Positions 62,775 to 64,000 of a stretch of DNA of 64,000 nucleotides are shown here, piece after piece. The translations under genes were made by a program, and so were the position numbers. Each line of letters opens with the position of its first letter. Position 1 is the stretch's first letter. The notes below the pieces were generated by a model, which saw nothing but the letters and a program-made list of their open reading frames with translations, was not told the origin of the DNA and did not search any database. This DNA is from Octopus sinensis (lineage: Eukaryota). Location: contig NC_043007.1 of assembly GCF_006345805.1 (NCBI RefSeq), forward strand, positions 19,654,001-19,718,000, read 5' to 3'.

Positions 62775-63500
62775 TATATATATATGTAAAGCTGAAGTTG
62801 TCTGTGTGTGGCAGGTTTGGCAGCCTTCAACTAACACTATCTCCTCCGAGACCCTGCGGTGCAAACGTTGACCAAAATTGAGATTATGATAGAAGAAGGC
62901 TTGCTTTTCCCTCCGTAGAAGTAAAAGTTCAAATCGGAACATGTTAACACCAAAAATTAATACATCAAAAAGGTGCCTTTTTCTATGAAAATCCCTATTT
63001 TTTAACGATTTTTTTTACTGCTGTTGTGGCCATTTTCGGTTTGATTTCAACCAGACTAATCTCTCTTTATATTAAAGCTGAAGTTGTCTGTGTGTGGCAG
63101 GTTTGGCAGCCTTCAACTAACACTATCTCCTCCGAGACCCTGCGGTGCAAGTTGACCAAAATTGAGATTATGATAGAAGAAGGCTTGCTTTTCCCTCCGT
63201 AGAAGTAAAAATTCAAATCGGAACATGTTAACACCAAAAATTAATTACATCAAAAAGGTGCCTTTTTCTATGAAAATCCCTATTTTTTAACGATTTTTTT
63301 ACTGCTGTGTGGCCATTTTTCGGTGTATTTCAACCAGACTAATCTCTCTTTATATAAAGCTGAAGTTGTCTGTGTGTGTATGGCAGGTTTGGCAGCCTTT
63401 AACTAACACTATCTCCTCTGAGACCCTGCGGCGCAAGTTGACCAAAATTGAAAGCATGATAGAGGAAGGCCTGCTTTTCATTCCGTAAAAGAAAAAAAAA
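62775..63500 (+). repeat. Tandem array (~2.5 units of 282-286 bp) resembling Helitron 5' ends
   Basis: AAAGCTGAAGTTGTCTGTGTG recurs at 62788, 63074 and 63356; the start resembles the Helitron 5' end at 12054 (TATATAAAAGTGAAGTTGTGTG). Confidence 0.75.
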
Positions 63501-63589
63501 CTTCAAATGTTGTACAAGTATCACAGTGTGAATTCCACAAAGGCATATAAGATTGGTTTTCGTTGATTTTCGAACAGAAATGCAGAGAA

Positions 63590-63790
63590 CGACATGATCA
63601 GCCGATTGCATTTGTAGAACCATCAAATTGTTTGGAACTTACGTTGGGTTGTCTTAGGAAGTTTCTTAGCTCAAGTCTTCTATCTGAGTTCCACACAAGT
63701 AACTGCATTCTCAGTGCTTCAGTGTAAAGATAGGAGTCAGACAAGGTTACCTGCTGGCGCCTATACTGTTGGAAATTTTCCTGTACTGTA
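63590..63790 (+). mobile_element. Degenerate LINE (RTE-like) RT fragment
   Basis: KIGVRQGYLLAPILLEIF resembles the GVRQGCxLSPxLFNI motif. Confidence 0.6.
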
Positions 63791-64000
63791 TTACCAGCTG
63801 TAGTGCCTTTTTCAGTATCCTAAGGCTATATAGGCTACAGCTAAGCTAAGATATGAACTGAACATTAAGCAAACACATGAATCGGCACACGTGCGGATAC
63901 ACACACACACTCACACAACATACATACATGCATGCATACATGCATACATACAAACATACATGCATACATACGTACATACATACATACATACATACATACA

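Overview
Repeat-dense eukaryotic DNA, most likely from an octopod cephalopod (inferred from the SINE families and the extreme microsatellite load). Two host genes could be built by hand. (1) A complete 16-exon triokinase/FMN cyclase (TKFC/DAK) on the minus strand, 50122 to 22425. All introns are GT-AG and in phase, giving 1779 nt / 592 aa with the GSGHEP, NYTGD, GLHGEAG, GDGDCG, MGGTSGA, GDRTM and AGRASY motifs. (2) The first two coding exons of an NPC2-like ML-domain gene on the plus strand (57780-57858, 61699-61809), divergent from TKFC and continuing beyond the window. The rest is tRNA-derived SINEs, RTE, Tx1/L1-like and Penelope-like retroelement remnants, mariner/MITE elements, non-autonomous Helitrons and microsatellites; nearly all ORFs in the supplied track are artefacts of these. 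The most striking unexplained structure is a set of hammerhead-ribozyme-like motifs from several unrelated sequence families. Most lie in or beside AT-rich microsatellites and several sit in fold-back elements. The only copy with a complete core is one half of a 127-bp palindrome (60530-60656) and is antisense to the NPC2-like intron; every copy found in the sense orientation of a host gene is broken.
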